The notes under the pieces are model-generated. The model did no database searches. It saw nothing but the letters and a program-made list of their open reading frames with translations, and was not told where the DNA came from. Positions 36,988 to 49,684 of a DNA stretch of 64,000 nucleotides are shown piece by piece. This DNA comes from Callorhinchus milii (lineage: Eukaryota): the NCBI RefSeq assembly GCF_018977255.1, contig NW_024704742.1, positions 68,264,001-68,328,000 of the forward strand, given 5' to 3'. The number at the start of each line of letters is the position of its first letter. Within the stretch, counting starts at the first letter, position 1. The translations under genes and the position numbers were made by a program.

Positions 36988-37196
36988 AGCTTGACTCAAG
37001 CAGTTCTGATGACGTTTGCATAGCTTGCTGTAGGGCGTTCTCTGCCTACTGCAGTTACCTGGTGATCTACAGACTCCCATGTGGGCACCTGATCTGCAGG
37101 CCCTGTTTGTCAGAGAGGCAGAAGACAGCAGCGCTCTCCTGTCTGAAGTGTAATCAGCCGGTCAACACAAGCGACGTGACCCGAGTTCACCTATAG
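36988..37196 (+). CDS. UBOX5: UBOX5 last coding exon (C-terminal RING); spliced CDS 1557 nt = 518 aa
   Basis: ttccacag acceptor; ELDSSSSDDVCIACCRAFSAYCSYLVIYRLPCGHLICRPCLSERQKTAALSCLKCNQPVNTSDVTRVHL*. Not in the ORF track; read manually. Confidence 0.9.
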
Positions 37197-38124
37197 GTTC
37201 TGTGGTACGTCCGAAATAATAATAATAATATATTATGTATTTATTAGTAATATTATTGTTGTAAATAATAATAATGAAGAAGAAAACATTGGTCACTCAA
37301 TCCATCACTGTTTGTGGGACACTGCTGTGCGCAATTGGCTGCCGCGTTTTGCCCACAAATATATAGTCAATGCACTTTATGGTATATTCTGTGAAATGGT
37401 TGGAGACGTCTCAATGACATGATAAGACACTATGTCAAATTCAAGGATTATTATTATAGAATGTAATTTGGATAATTTCTCACGAGAGGCGAGAAGGGGC
37501 AACCTAACTCACTGCATTAATAGGAATAATACCTGCATTTGATATAGCGCCTTATCACGTCTTCGAGACGTCTCAAAGCACTTCACAGAGTATACTGTAA
37601 TGTGAATTGACTGTAAATTTTATGGGCCAAATGCGGCAGCCAAACAGTCGTGGATTGAGTGACCAAATTATTATTTTTTTTGAAGGGATTATTACTCCTG
37701 GAAAAATGATCCGTCAATCGGCTAACAACCAGGCTCCTACTTACTGCTGGGTTAACAGAGACGTGTGGAGTAAGGAAATTTACCTAAGGCTTCACCTTGC
37801 CTGGGAATCAAACCCAGTTCCTCTCGCTTGCAAGGCGAGTGCACTAACCACGAAGCTACAGGACTCCACAACCTGTTTCAGGCACTTAAACACATTTTGC
37901 CAATATCTTAACCATTTAGCAAAGTGACCTCCAATCTTTGTACATCTTCCAGTTGCTCTTGTTAATATGGTGCCCCCTGGGAAATCTCCTCGGTGCATAT
38001 TATTTACATGCACCTTCAACGTTCCCCACAATACCTTACAGGTCAGAATATTTAAACAGTCATATTTAGTTTGCTAATATTTCTTCAAAGGTGCAGAAAT
38101 GCGGTGCATTGGTTAGAAATCTAG

Positions 38125-38760
38125 TTATAGAATCATAGAATCGTACAGCACAAAAAAGAGTTTGTGCCGGCTCTTTGAAAAGAGCAATGAAATGTCAATC
38201 CCACTCCCCAGCTCTTTCCCCATAACCCTGCAAACCCGTCCTCCTCAAATACCCGTCCACCGCGTTTTTAAAAGTAGTTATCGAATCAGCCTCGACCACC
38301 CTTTCAGACAATGCGTTCCAGATTCGAACAACTCGCTGCGTGAAAAAATTTCTTCTCATCTCCCCTCTACTTCTTTTAGATACTGTTTACTGTTCACTGT
38401 TTACCACCCGACCTAACTTTGTGTCGTCTGCAAATTTGGAAATGGTACTTGCTATACCCAAGTCCAGATCATTTATGTATATTAAGAAGAGCAGTGGTCC
38501 TAATACCGATCCCTGGGGGACGCCACTGTACACTTCCCTCCAGTCAGAAAAGCAGCCGTTCACCACAACTCTGCTTTCTGTCTCCCAGTCAGTTCTGGGT
38601 CCATGCTGCCACTGTCCCTTTTATACCATGGACTTCTATCTTTCTTACAAGTCTTTCATGTGGCACTTTGTCAAATGCCTTTTGAAATTCCATATAAACT
38701 ACATCAACTGCACTACCTTTATCCACCCTCTCCATTACCTCATCGAAAAATTCAAAAAAT
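38125..38760 (-). mobile_element. CR1 LINE fragments (RT region and 3' tail)
   Basis: Reverse strand encodes DFKRHLTKCHMKD-like, [20 protein letters not shown] and SKFADDTK; (atagaatc)n tail. Confidence 0.85.
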
Positions 38761-39249
38761 TCTATTCACGTTATGTTTATTAACGTGGTGGTAAATTGTG
38801 AAATGCGAAACTTGCTGGCTATGGGCTGGTAGTGTCACTATGCTCTGGTTTCTCTTCAGATCGTAAAAATCTTTCACCTTTTACGAAAGATTTCCGTGGA
38901 GGGGAGCAGGTCACAGGGTCACGAGTTTTAAACCAATTATGGACTATCATATACATCACTTTCTCCGATCCTACCCTTCCAGCTCTGGTTCAGATCCCTG
39001 ACAGTCCAGCATCTTCAGACATACAAATGTCATTTTATTGTTGTTCCTGTTTTGATTTACCCTCCTTCAGCCCAGGAACCAGATTATATGTTCCTGTCAC
39101 TGCTTGTTTTGGTCATTTTTTTTGGTGAGTGAGGTTAGACCTGCTCACCCCCGTTAACCGAATTAGGCCGAATATGAATGAGGGTTGTCTCCGCAGACAA
39201 CCCCTAACTCTCCCCACTCACACCCCAAACTCTTCTAGACCCCAAAAAG

Positions 39250-39380
39250 CTAAATACTTCAGATGCTGGAAATCTGAAATAAAAACAGATGGTTGCCTTT
39301 CTAATGAAAGGTCATAGACCTGAAACGTTAACTCATTTTCCTCTCTCCATAGATGCTGCCTGACCTGCTGCGTGTTCTCT
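39250..39380 (+). mobile_element. Partial Penelope-like palindromic element with a degenerate hammerhead core
   Basis: CTAATGA-a-AGGTC-ata-GACCT-GAAA-CGTT-aactc at 39301-39334; flanks match 49685-49930. Confidence 0.65.
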
Positions 39381-41549
39381 TCTGGACCCCAAATTGTCAA
39401 AGGATAATGAGGAACTGAAACCTGTTTTTACGACCGACCGAGTAAATCAGATGACTGGATTGTCTCTCCGATGTGCAAGCCCAGCCTGACCTGAGCTAGT
39501 GACCAAGTTGCTCAAGTGAGCTCTACATCACAGTATCTCTGCTTCCTCTTTGTGAGGGCAGATCACACTCCTCAGATCAGAAGTGCTGCAATACCGATCC
39601 CAACCAACAGAGGGTTGAAGGAGAAGCTGTTGCCAGGAGCTCAATCCTTATAATCCTTGACTTTACGGGTGAGATTTATTGTGCTAGCCCCTCACAGACA
39701 AACCTCAGCAGGAGAACTTTTCTGGCAGGTTCTCAGAGACACTATCCTGTGTGAAAGCCCAAGTAGTGGTTGTTTTTTCAAAAATCAAAATGCGTCTCCA
39801 ATTTCCAAAACCCGTTGAACAGAGCAATACATTGTGTTATCTGCTGTAGGCTATCAGCTTCACGCAGAAGGCCATAGATACAAAATTAGCCAGTATGTTT
39901 AAAGTGGCAAAAGACAGACTAATAGAGACCTATGTGAGTGTGCATACGCACACACGCACCACACCCAGGGTAAGGGCATAAAGGAACAAACGGATTGAAA
40001 GATCTGCCATGATCTAATGTAATGGCACAGCCATCTGCATGGGTTGAATGGCCTCGCATGTTCCTTTGTTACTGTCTGAACATCTATATTAATGTTCCAA
40101 GTTCATCACGAACTCCCCAGTACCTTATCCTTCACCTCAGTAAATGAATGGTTCATCCAAGTGCCTGTCCACAGCTGGGGGAGTCCAGGACCTCTGATGG
40201 CTGTGCTATTGTCTGCACTATTTGCCAATTAGGAATCACTGTGAGTTCAAGCTGTGACTGGAGAGCTATGAGTGAAGCTTCCCCAATGGCCTAGTGAGTG
40301 TAGGCATCACCCGGATGCAGGTTTGAATCCCGGTCTGTGATGATTTGAGCCGATACAAACCCAGGTCCCATTTGATGCACTGCAATTAGGCTCAGTATCC
40401 CCCGGACTAGAGAGGAAATACCAACCAAGATTCCTGCTTCTAATCAGTGCAGAGACTCCTGCCGAGAAGTGTCAGATACCCGAGGACAGTGAAAGGTTTC
40501 TGCGTGTATCAAATACTGGCTGGCCAAATCCAAAACAAAATTGTTTAATGTAAAGGAATATAAGGCGGTACCCTTTTTTAAGATATGTTCAATAAATGTT
40601 CGTTTACAGTGTTGGCTGCTCTGTTGGGAGGCGAAAGAACAATAATGTTATTTGCTCTTTTGGCCTTTTAATTCCAGCATATAAATTAGTGGACATATCG
40701 CTGTCAGTCTTCCTTTACAGTGGGATCCTTCTGTACAGTTTCTATTTGTGTATCAGCCTGGCACAGTTGGTTGCACTCTGGCTTCATGAATCAAAAGATC
40801 GTGGGTTCAAGTCCCACAGCTGGACCTGGAACTAAATATAGTCCATTGTCTATGTAAGGATTATTAATAGCAATAATTAATAATAAATGTCACATAATAA
40901 AAGCTTCTGTCTTTTCATTTGGTTGTTAATATTGAATTGTCAATTGCGAAATAAAACCCAGGGCATTGACTTGTGATGAGGTGAGATGTGTTGTTATTGA
41001 GTCAGGTGTGATTTGCTTTCGCTATTTTTGTCTATAATAATAATAGTTTTTTTGCCACCATTGTGGCTGCAATGCAAGGGCTGCTTTCCATTGGTAAATT
41101 ACGGAGGAGTTTGTTATGACATGTTGGGTTGGGATAAAAGAAAACTAGACTTGCTTTTAAAGAGAAGGCTACTTTTGTTTGGTGGAAAAGGGCATCTGAG
41201 AAAAGGGCATTTTTATTCATTAATGGTTGTGTTTCCAATCAAGCTCGCTATCACATTGCCACTTTAACCTGCAGCTATTTATTGCATCACCAAACTGGTA
41301 GCCTTGTCACATTCCCAGATGCTTTTACACTGACTGTGGTTTGTATGTCCTCAGTCTTCCTGCACTTGCCCAATCATTAGGGTTGGGAAAGAGCTCATCG
41401 GGAGAAATAGTAAAAGACGTCTTGGGATGTAAAGTGCATCTTCTGCAGAGAATCCCACTCACTCGTGTCAAACAGACAAGCAAGTGCTTGGCTACAACCT
41501 GAGATCTCTGGAGCACAGCAGTCAGGAACCAGGTGATGCTATGGGATCT

Positions 41550-41940
41550 TTTTTGATCAGCTGCGTGTCTGACACACACGGAAACCCATCACCGTGCTTT
41601 AGAGTATCCAAGCCAGATGGAGTTCCACAACCATACGCCAACTGCACATGAAAATTTCCATTTCTAAAATGGAATGCACTCTATCTCCCCAGAGGGACAC
41701 ATCCTGCTTACCTAATCCTAAAATGTATTAGGTGTAGGTTGGCAAGAACTAAGGCTTGTGGCCCCCAGAGTGTGCGTTGCTGGAACGCACTGCTGGAGTC
41801 TAAGCAGCTAAAACAGATAGTTTGCTATTGAGAGCATTGTCTGGCAAGCTTCCTGCCTCTTGTCCAGCTAGGACCACTCTACATAGAGCTTTGGCTTGCA
41901 GGGTTAATGGGAGCTGAGTGGGAAGAGTCTTTGCCCTTCC
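41550..41940 (-). mobile_element. Family C repeat
   Basis: Aligns to the other family C copies. Confidence 0.7.
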
Positions 41941-42808
41941 AAGTCCTTCCGATGTGCCAAGCTAGCTGTGCTGTCATCCATAGTGCCCTGCAATACTACG
42001 GACTTGCCTGGCTCAGGAACCGGACTACTGAGACCGCTACAGAGGCTCAATTCTGACACTCCGTTGTAGCCAGTTCAGCTTCAAGGAGCTGGTAAATTTA
42101 AATTAAATTTAATTTTGGTTGATTAATAACATTTCAAACCCTCACCAACGTGGTTTGAAATGTTTGACCTTTTGTCGGTTTGAAATAGGAGAACTGTGTC
42201 TCTTATTTCCCTCGCTATCTCCCTGGCTAGTTTACAATCCACGTTCTTTTACATCTCCCTCTCTGTAAAAGAAATAAACTTGGATTCTTTGTTCACCACC
42301 ACCCCATTTCTGAGCTTGAGATCATGTCTCCTTATTCTAGACATTCTCTTACATGAAGGGCACTATATAAATAGAGGTTGTTGCCCCAGCTCGGGTCCAA
42401 ATCCTTGACTGTGCAGCGCCTTGGGATGTCCGCCTGATGTGAAAGGCGCTCTACAAGTGTAGTTTGTTGTTGTAGATGCAGAAATGTTGTTTGGTGGCTA
42501 GGAATTCTCTCTTCAATAATGTTACCAGTAGAATACAATAAGTAATAATAATCATTGCATTTGATACAGGACCTTATCACAAAGGCTTCACAGAATATAC
42601 TGTGTATTTTGTGGGTGAAATGCGGCAGCAAGTTGTGCACAGCAATGTTACACAAACAGCCATGGAGTGAGTGACTAATTTTATTTGGGGGATTGTTGGC
42701 CAGGACACTGGAAGAAAATCCCTTCTCTTTTCAAATAATAGTGGGATCTTCAACATCCATCAGAACAGGTAGACGGGATCTTGGTTTAACGTCTCATCTG
42801 AAGAAATA

Positions 42809-42952
42809 CAGTAAACTCCTAATAACTCATCGATTCAAGGGAAAAAGGCTTAGCAATAAGTTACCAGGAGCAGCAATTTAGGCACATGTTTAAATACATA
42901 AAAAATTCGACGGGGACAAGTTAAGCAAGGTCAAGTTATCAGGAGTTTAATG
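42809..42952. mobile_element. Short pogo/Tigger-like MITE (144 bp)
   Basis: TA then CAGTAAACTCCTAATAACT ... AGTTATCAGGAGTTTAATG (19-bp TIR, 2 mismatches). Confidence 0.6.
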
Positions 42953-43729
42953 TTTGATTTTCTTTGTTACCGAATATGTTAGTGGAATCCTCGAGAACTG
43001 AACTTGAAAGTGACTTATGTGCGGCATGAAGTCTGTGGGGTTGGTTGGGGGGAGAGGCGTGGAATTAGATTAATCATGAAAATGTTCACTGGATGCTAAA
43101 TGAACGTTACCTTATTATTCATGAAATCTAAGGTAATCCATTAAGTCCCCAGATAGGGAGCCTTCTATGAAACAGTGTGCTCCTAAACAGGGTCTGGGAT
43201 GCATTGTGAGCATCCACCTCTTGATCCTCGTAATTTGCTGGAGTGATTCTGGGTACAGCAACGCTGTGGGTGGGTTGATCAACAATTCACGCTGGGTCTA
43301 AGTGAGCTCACCAAAAAAACAGCCCTGACTTGAGCTTAATTTGCACTTGTTGCATTCAAACCGCTAATTAACAGTTTAACTGTTGATCAGATAATTGAGA
43401 TGCATATTGCTTCGAAGCCATTTAAAATTCATTCAGACTGTTTGGAATACAGCAGTGTTTTGGAGGCTGATTTTTCGTTCGGAGGGCAGTAATTCCACAT
43501 ATTGAATGCAAAACATGGGCTGACATTTGTCAAGAAGCTCTCAGCAAATGTCTGCCTGCGTCCTAATTATCCTTCTTAGAATTCACTGTTGCCCTGATAC
43601 TGTTTAGTTTGGTGCAGCATCGTACACGTGCATTTTGCAAAGTGATCAGGTGACAAATCTTTACTCCCTTTAAATTTATCTGGGACAAAGATCATGCACA
43701 TTCTGAGAATTTAAGTTCTGAGAACTATC

Positions 43730-44470
43730 CTCCCACCCTCATACTCACCCGAATAAACTTTGTATCCCTATCAAATCAGTTCTTGCCAGGCTTCACTGAC
43801 TCTCTATTACCAAATGGATCGATTTCAAGATCCTCACACCCATCTTGAAATCCTTCCTGTCCTGCCAACTCCTTACCTCTCCGAGCTACTTACTCCCCAG
43901 TCCATCTCCCGCTGCCTCTGCTCAACTAGCTCCGCTCAACAACTCCTGCATGTCCCTCATGTGCTCCGTTCCATCATTGGTGGCCGTGCTTTCAGCAACT
44001 ACACCCCGAAACTCTGGAACACGCTTCCTCTCTCCCTCCGCTTTACTCCCTCCTCCCCCATCTCCAGGTCACGCCTGAAGACCTACCTCCTCAACCGTGT
44101 TTACAGTCACCTCCCTCTTCCCCTGGCTTGGCGGCATGCTCCACAACTTTCAACAACAGCAAATTACACTTGTGCCCTTCACATCGGAAAGACGTCTCAG
44201 GGCCCTTGACATCAGGGTTTTTTTTTGGTTGAAGAGAAAGGTCTTTAGATGGATTTTGAAGGAGGCAAGAGAGAGGTTGAGGTGGAGGGATTGTGGGATA
44301 CAGTTCCAGAGTGTGGGGGTAGAGATGCTGAATGCTCGACCGCCAATGGTGAGGCAGGAAGTGTGGGGGACAACAGGCCAGTCTCTGCCGAGCAGAGGGA
44401 GTGAGGCTGATATGGGGTTATGAGGTCGGAGAGGTAGGGGGGAGCAAGACCATGGAAGGCTTTGAAGGCG
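43730..44470. mobile_element. Two L2 3' fragments in opposite orientation (+ ~43730-44140; - ~44225-44470)
   Basis: PYLSELLTP...GGRAFSNYTPKLWNTLP and FKAFHGLAPPYLSDLITPY. Confidence 0.75.
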
Positions 44471-47279
44471 AGCGCTGTGGGCATCTGCCCTGTGTGAGGG
44501 GTACTAAATAAACTCAAGTTGTTATTAAGTGCGGCCACGAGCTGTGCAGTTTTAAACTGGTGGGTTTGTTATATTCATTGAGGTGGAGGGAAGGGGTGAA
44601 CATTAATAATGATTGAGGTGCATGTGGAGATTATTTCCTCACACAGATATTAATATAATAATATTAATCTTTGAATTTGATGTACCACCTTTCACGTCGC
44701 GAAGACATCCCAAAGAACTTCACAGAATTTAAAATGAGGTGATTGGTTATTTGTAGATAAAGGCAGCAGCCAATTTGCAGGTAGCAATGTCCCACAAACA
44801 GCCATGAAGTGAGTGACCACTGTTATGTGGGAGATTGTTGGCCAGGAAGCCTGAAGAAACTCCTTTGTGTTTTTGAATAGTGCCTCGGGATTTTTAAATG
44901 TCCACCTATCCGCGTCTCACAGCGTTTGCTACATTGCTCTGTGAAAAGTTTATGATGTGTCCACATTAGAGACATGAGGTCCCATTGTTGGTGTAAGGCT
45001 TTTTATTTCAAAAAGTGAGCGCATGGCAACAGAACTGGCTGAGTTCGGTAGTACTCTTGCCTCTGAGTCAAACCCCACTTTGTACGCTTGAGCTCTTAGT
45101 TCAGGCCAACACTCCAAAGTGCTGGGGGGAGCACTGCATTGTCAGAAGTGCCATACTTCAGAGACATTTAAACCAAAGTCCTATCTTTGGTCACTCAATC
45201 CACAACTGTTTGTGGACACTGCTATGCACAATTGGCTGCTATGATTCGCTCACAAAATATACAACCAATTCACTTTACAATCTATTCTGTGAAATGCTTT
45301 GAGACGTCGCAACAGTATGATAAGGCGCTATATCAAATGTAACGATCATTACTAATGCGCAAAACCAGCCTGAGATTACGGGTCTTTCAGCCATGAAAAA
45401 TGAATCCATTGACCGTAATGTACATCTTGGTATTGCTCATGAATTCTCTCTCTCTATCTCTCTCTCTCGTTCCATTCATTTCTTGCAGATACATCGCAGA
45501 GCTTCAAAGCTCATGATTTGGTTTCAACAACAAAACCTTTATTTACATTCACGGGGGGTAAATTTTTGGAGCAGATTATTATAGTAATAATAATAAACCT
45601 TACATTTGATGTAGCACCTTATCAGGTTGTTGAGACGTCTCAAAGTGCTTCACAGAATATTTTGCAAAGTGAATTGACTGTTTTTCGTGGTTCAAAAGGT
45701 GGCAGCCAATTGAGCACAGCAGTGTCCCACAAACAGTCATGGATTGAGTGACCAAATTTTTTTTATGAAAGCAGCGATGCTTGATTTCACTTGTTATTCG
45801 CACATATTGTTGTGTCCCAAGTGGGATATATGTGAAATTCATTAAGGTACTGCTGGATAGTCAGGAGCAAAATCACAGACTGGATTTCATGCTGGAGATT
45901 GTTCTTTTCACAGAAACAATGTCATCAGTGTACTATTCAAAACTTTAAGGTTTAATTTGAAATCCCACTTGAGCTGATGGGTCAAGTGCTATAGTACTCA
46001 GCGCAATGAGATGGGGGGGTGGCGGGGCAGGAGGCCAAGGTGCGGCACTCCAATAGACTAGAGGTCTCTGCAATGCAACTAGGCATACATATCCAACCAC
46101 TACTGAGTGCCTGCCCCAGTCACAGGACAGAGCGGGAGGCCTCCGTAATGCAAGACACCATCTTACAGACCGATATCAGAAGTAAATACTTACAAGATGT
46201 TCTAGAATGCAACTAGTTACACGTTAAGAGGAGTGACAAGTGAAGGGGAGTCCTTTATTCACATTTTGTGCGGGAAATGGCTGAGATGTTGACAGCATGG
46301 TGACTCAAGTGGTAGTGATTAGTTAACCAGGGTCTTGTTATCAGGAGTTTACTGTATATCAGCATTCCTTTTCCTTTGACATCAATCTTGTAAAACAATT
46401 TTGAGACGTTTTATTAAAGAAGTCCCATTAAGAAATATGGCAAATAAAACCTCATTGAAAAGGAACGTTCTTCGATAAACCGTACTTAGAATCAACAGAA
46501 AATGATCCTGCTAGTGATATGATTTTGCAGTAAAATATGGAAATAAACAAGAGAATTATTGAGTTCCAATGGAACACTCGCTGACGAGTGTTTGCGGTAC
46601 ATCCCATATGAAGGTTAATTGTTTCGATTAATATTTTTGACTTTTGTGAGTGAGACGAGACATCAAATGCTGCAGTGTCACGACAGGGTTGACATTTGTC
46701 CTGCTCTGGTCAGTTCATTTCAGACACAGAGTCAAACAAGATCCGCAGAGGATGAAGCATTGAGCTCACTAACAACCACGGTGTTTAGGTTCCCAGCTTC
46801 ACGGAGCACTTACACGTCCAGGGAATCACACAAAGCCACCCAACCTCTGATTCCTGTGAATCTCAACCATTCCTAAATTTTTTTTACATGTTCCAGTTGG
46901 ATGACAGTGGATAAGAAAAAACATTCAATTGTGTTTTCAAGGACCATGTGCATATGAAATGCTATTTGTTGGCTTGACTGTTTCAATTTTATTTTTCGAG
47001 TTGTACCTATGCATTGGTAAACAGCACTTTAATGCAGATAAACAAACCGTCACATTCAATAAGCTGATCCGGTGAATTAATCTGTGTGTTGTGTGCCAGA
47101 GCACGATAATGCTTCATTTCTTTTGCATCCGCAAGTCTCCAGAAGAAAATGATTGGCACAGTCCTCGCAGTGAGATAAGGAGATCCAACAGTCGTAGTGA
47201 TGTCTTGTTGTTGAGATTTGACAGCGTTAACATTACTGTCGCAGAAACTGACAGTCTTGAGAGAAGACCGCTCAAGACG

Positions 47280-47975
47280 ATACATAGAAGTGTATAACAT
47301 TTTAAATGGAATTATGAAAGTAACCGAGAACAATACATTAGGAAGCTCCAAGACAACAGAACAACAGGACACAGGTTTAGAGTTGTAAAGGGTAATTTCA
47401 GGACAGACACCAGCAGGATTTTCTTTACAACAACAACTTGCATTTGTACAGCACCCTTCACACAGGGCAGCATCCCAGAGCGCTTGACAGTGATGGAACA
47501 GAAAGCTGAGCCAGGTGGAGGGAGGAGATGACCGTATGCACAGTTGAAGAGGAAGGTCTTGAGTCGTGATCTAAAAGAGGGGAAGGAGGGGGCGAGGCAA
47601 AGGGATTGGGGAAGAGAGCTCTAAAGCTTCGGGGTTTAGATGGCTGAAAGCATGGCCGCTGATGGTAAAGTGGAGGGGACAAGGCGCAAGCAGGAGGCCA
47701 GAGACAGGGGCGCAGATGCAGCGGGTAGTGGAGTGGGGAGAAAGGAGGTCAGAAAGGTAGGGAGGTGCCAGAGTGCAAAGGGATTTACTTTACGCAGAGG
47801 GTATTCAACGATTGAAGCAGGGTTACCAGGAAAGATTGCCAGGTTGAGGCCAGGACGCTGGGACTCATTTTAAAAGCAGCTTGATGCTGTGATGGCTGTT
47901 AGGGTGGGTGTTCTGGAGGGATGGGATCGGATGGGCCAAAGGACCTCCTTCATCCAAACCGAATGTTGTGATCTT
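47280..47975 (+). mobile_element. CR1 3' fragment interrupted by an antisense L2 tail (~47431-47787)
   Basis: CR1 text breaks at ttctttac and resumes tttacgcagaggg; the insert starts with (aac)n ttgcatttgtacagcaccc. Confidence 0.7.
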
Positions 47976-48384
47976 GGAAATTGGGCTAACTGATCGTTCC
48001 TGGAAACTCGGGAGAAGAAATTTGTGCATTATGATACAGAGCTAATTTTTCTTGTGAGTTATGGACATTAGCTGAGCAGACAAATTATGCAAAGACAATA
48101 CTGTCTGTGCTCCAGAGCAACTGGCTGCTGGGGTGAGTTAGAATTCTTTTCCATCACATTGACTGCTGGGTTTCTGCCATTGATTTCCTCCCCTCAGTCT
48201 GTGGCCATTCAGACAGACAAGCGGAAAACACTATCAAACAAAGAAACACGTAAAGTCGACCGACAACGGAAAATATATATTTTACTACCTACCCTATAAT
48301 GTGCTGGGGTGTTTTATAAGGCAATTGTGTTTTTAAAACCTCCAACAATTATATAAAGCCCTTTTACAAAAAACTCTCCGATTC

Positions 48385-48716
48385 CCTTTCTCTCTCTCTC
48401 TCCCTCTCCTCTTCTCTCTCATCCCTTCCCCCACCGTCTCTTTCACTGTCTTACTCTCTCTGTGTTTCCTTTCTGCTCTCCTTTTTTATCTCTTATCTCC
48501 CTCCCTATCTTCCCCTCTCCCTACCCCTCCTCTTCTCTGTCTCTCTGATGCTCTTTCTGCTTCTCCTTCCCCCACCCCTCCCTCTATCTGGCTCCCTCCC
48601 CCTTGCTCTCATTCTCTCATTAACTCCCTCACCTCTCTTTCCCTTCTCCTCTCTTGTCTCAATCCTCTTTGCTCTCCATCTCTATCTGTTCATCTCTCTC
48701 TCTCTTTCTATCTCTC
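48385..48716. repeat. Polypyrimidine (CT-rich) low-complexity tract; continues at ~49495-49670 and ~49940-50095
   Basis: Directly visible. Confidence 0.85.
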
Positions 48717-48719
48717 ATG

Positions 48720-49490
48720 GGATACTTCACATGCGGACAAAAAATCCAAGAAGGGACTATTATTTGAATGGAAGGAAAATAATATGTATGGAAAATGAAA
48801 AGGACTTGGGGGTCCTGAATGACAATAAATTGAAGCTCTCCCAACAATTCTCTGTGGCAGTGAGTAAAGCAAACCAGATGTATCAAAAGATCAATAGCAA
48901 GCCGAAATAGTGGGGTAATCCTGCCACTGGATTAATCATTGGTGAGACCTTATCTAGAGCACTGTGTACAGTTCTGGTCGCCGCAGTACAAAAAGGGTAT
49001 TGGAGAAATCGAGAAGATACAGAGGATGGCAACCAAAATGATTGAGGGAATGGAAGGACCAGACTATGAGGAGCGACTAAGTAAATTGGGCATGTACACG
49101 CTGGAAAAGAGATTGAGAGGCGACACGGTTGCTGTCTTTAAGATTCTAAAGGGGTAAGATGATATAGATCATGACAGGCTGTTTCAACTTGTCCGGAATA
49201 GTAAAACCAGAGGTCACGGCCTGTGATTGGGGTAAATTCAGAACGAATCTACACAAACGCCATTTCAAGGAGCAAATAGTGAACCTGTGGAACTGGCTCC
49301 CTAGGGAGACAGTTGAAGCAGGAAGTGTTGATTCTTTCAAACACAGATTAGATAGTTTTCTTTTAGGAAATAGCATTATGGGATATAGTACATAGGTAGC
49401 TCAGGACATATGTGCATGCGACCACCAGGAAGGTGAAAGGCGAACTAGATGGGCCTTGGTCTTTTTTCGTCTCGCATTTCTTATGCTATT
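48720..49490 (+). mobile_element. CR1 LINE ORF2 C-terminus and 3' UTR
   Basis: EKDLGVL, LVRPYLEHCVQFWSPQYKK...QRMATKMI, LEKRLRGD, VNLWNWLP. Confidence 0.93.
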
Positions 49491-49684
49491 ATGTTCTCTC
49501 TCTCCATCCCTCTCCTTCCCTCCCTTCCCCTGATGACTGGCTCCATCTTTTTATCTCCCTCTTTCTGTGTTTTTCTGCCTTCCTCCCTCTCTCTGTCAGT
49601 CTATCTCTCTCCCTCTTTCTCTGTCTCTCTGTCTGTGTCTTCACCCTCCCACCCCTCTCATCCCCATATCTATGTATGTGTTTG

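Noticed and set aside
40283..40480. Possible Pol III ncRNA (A-box tggcctagtg, B-box ggtttgaatccc)
   Set aside because: Looks like a decayed tRNA-headed SINE; no cloverleaf or terminator, and I cannot assign a family
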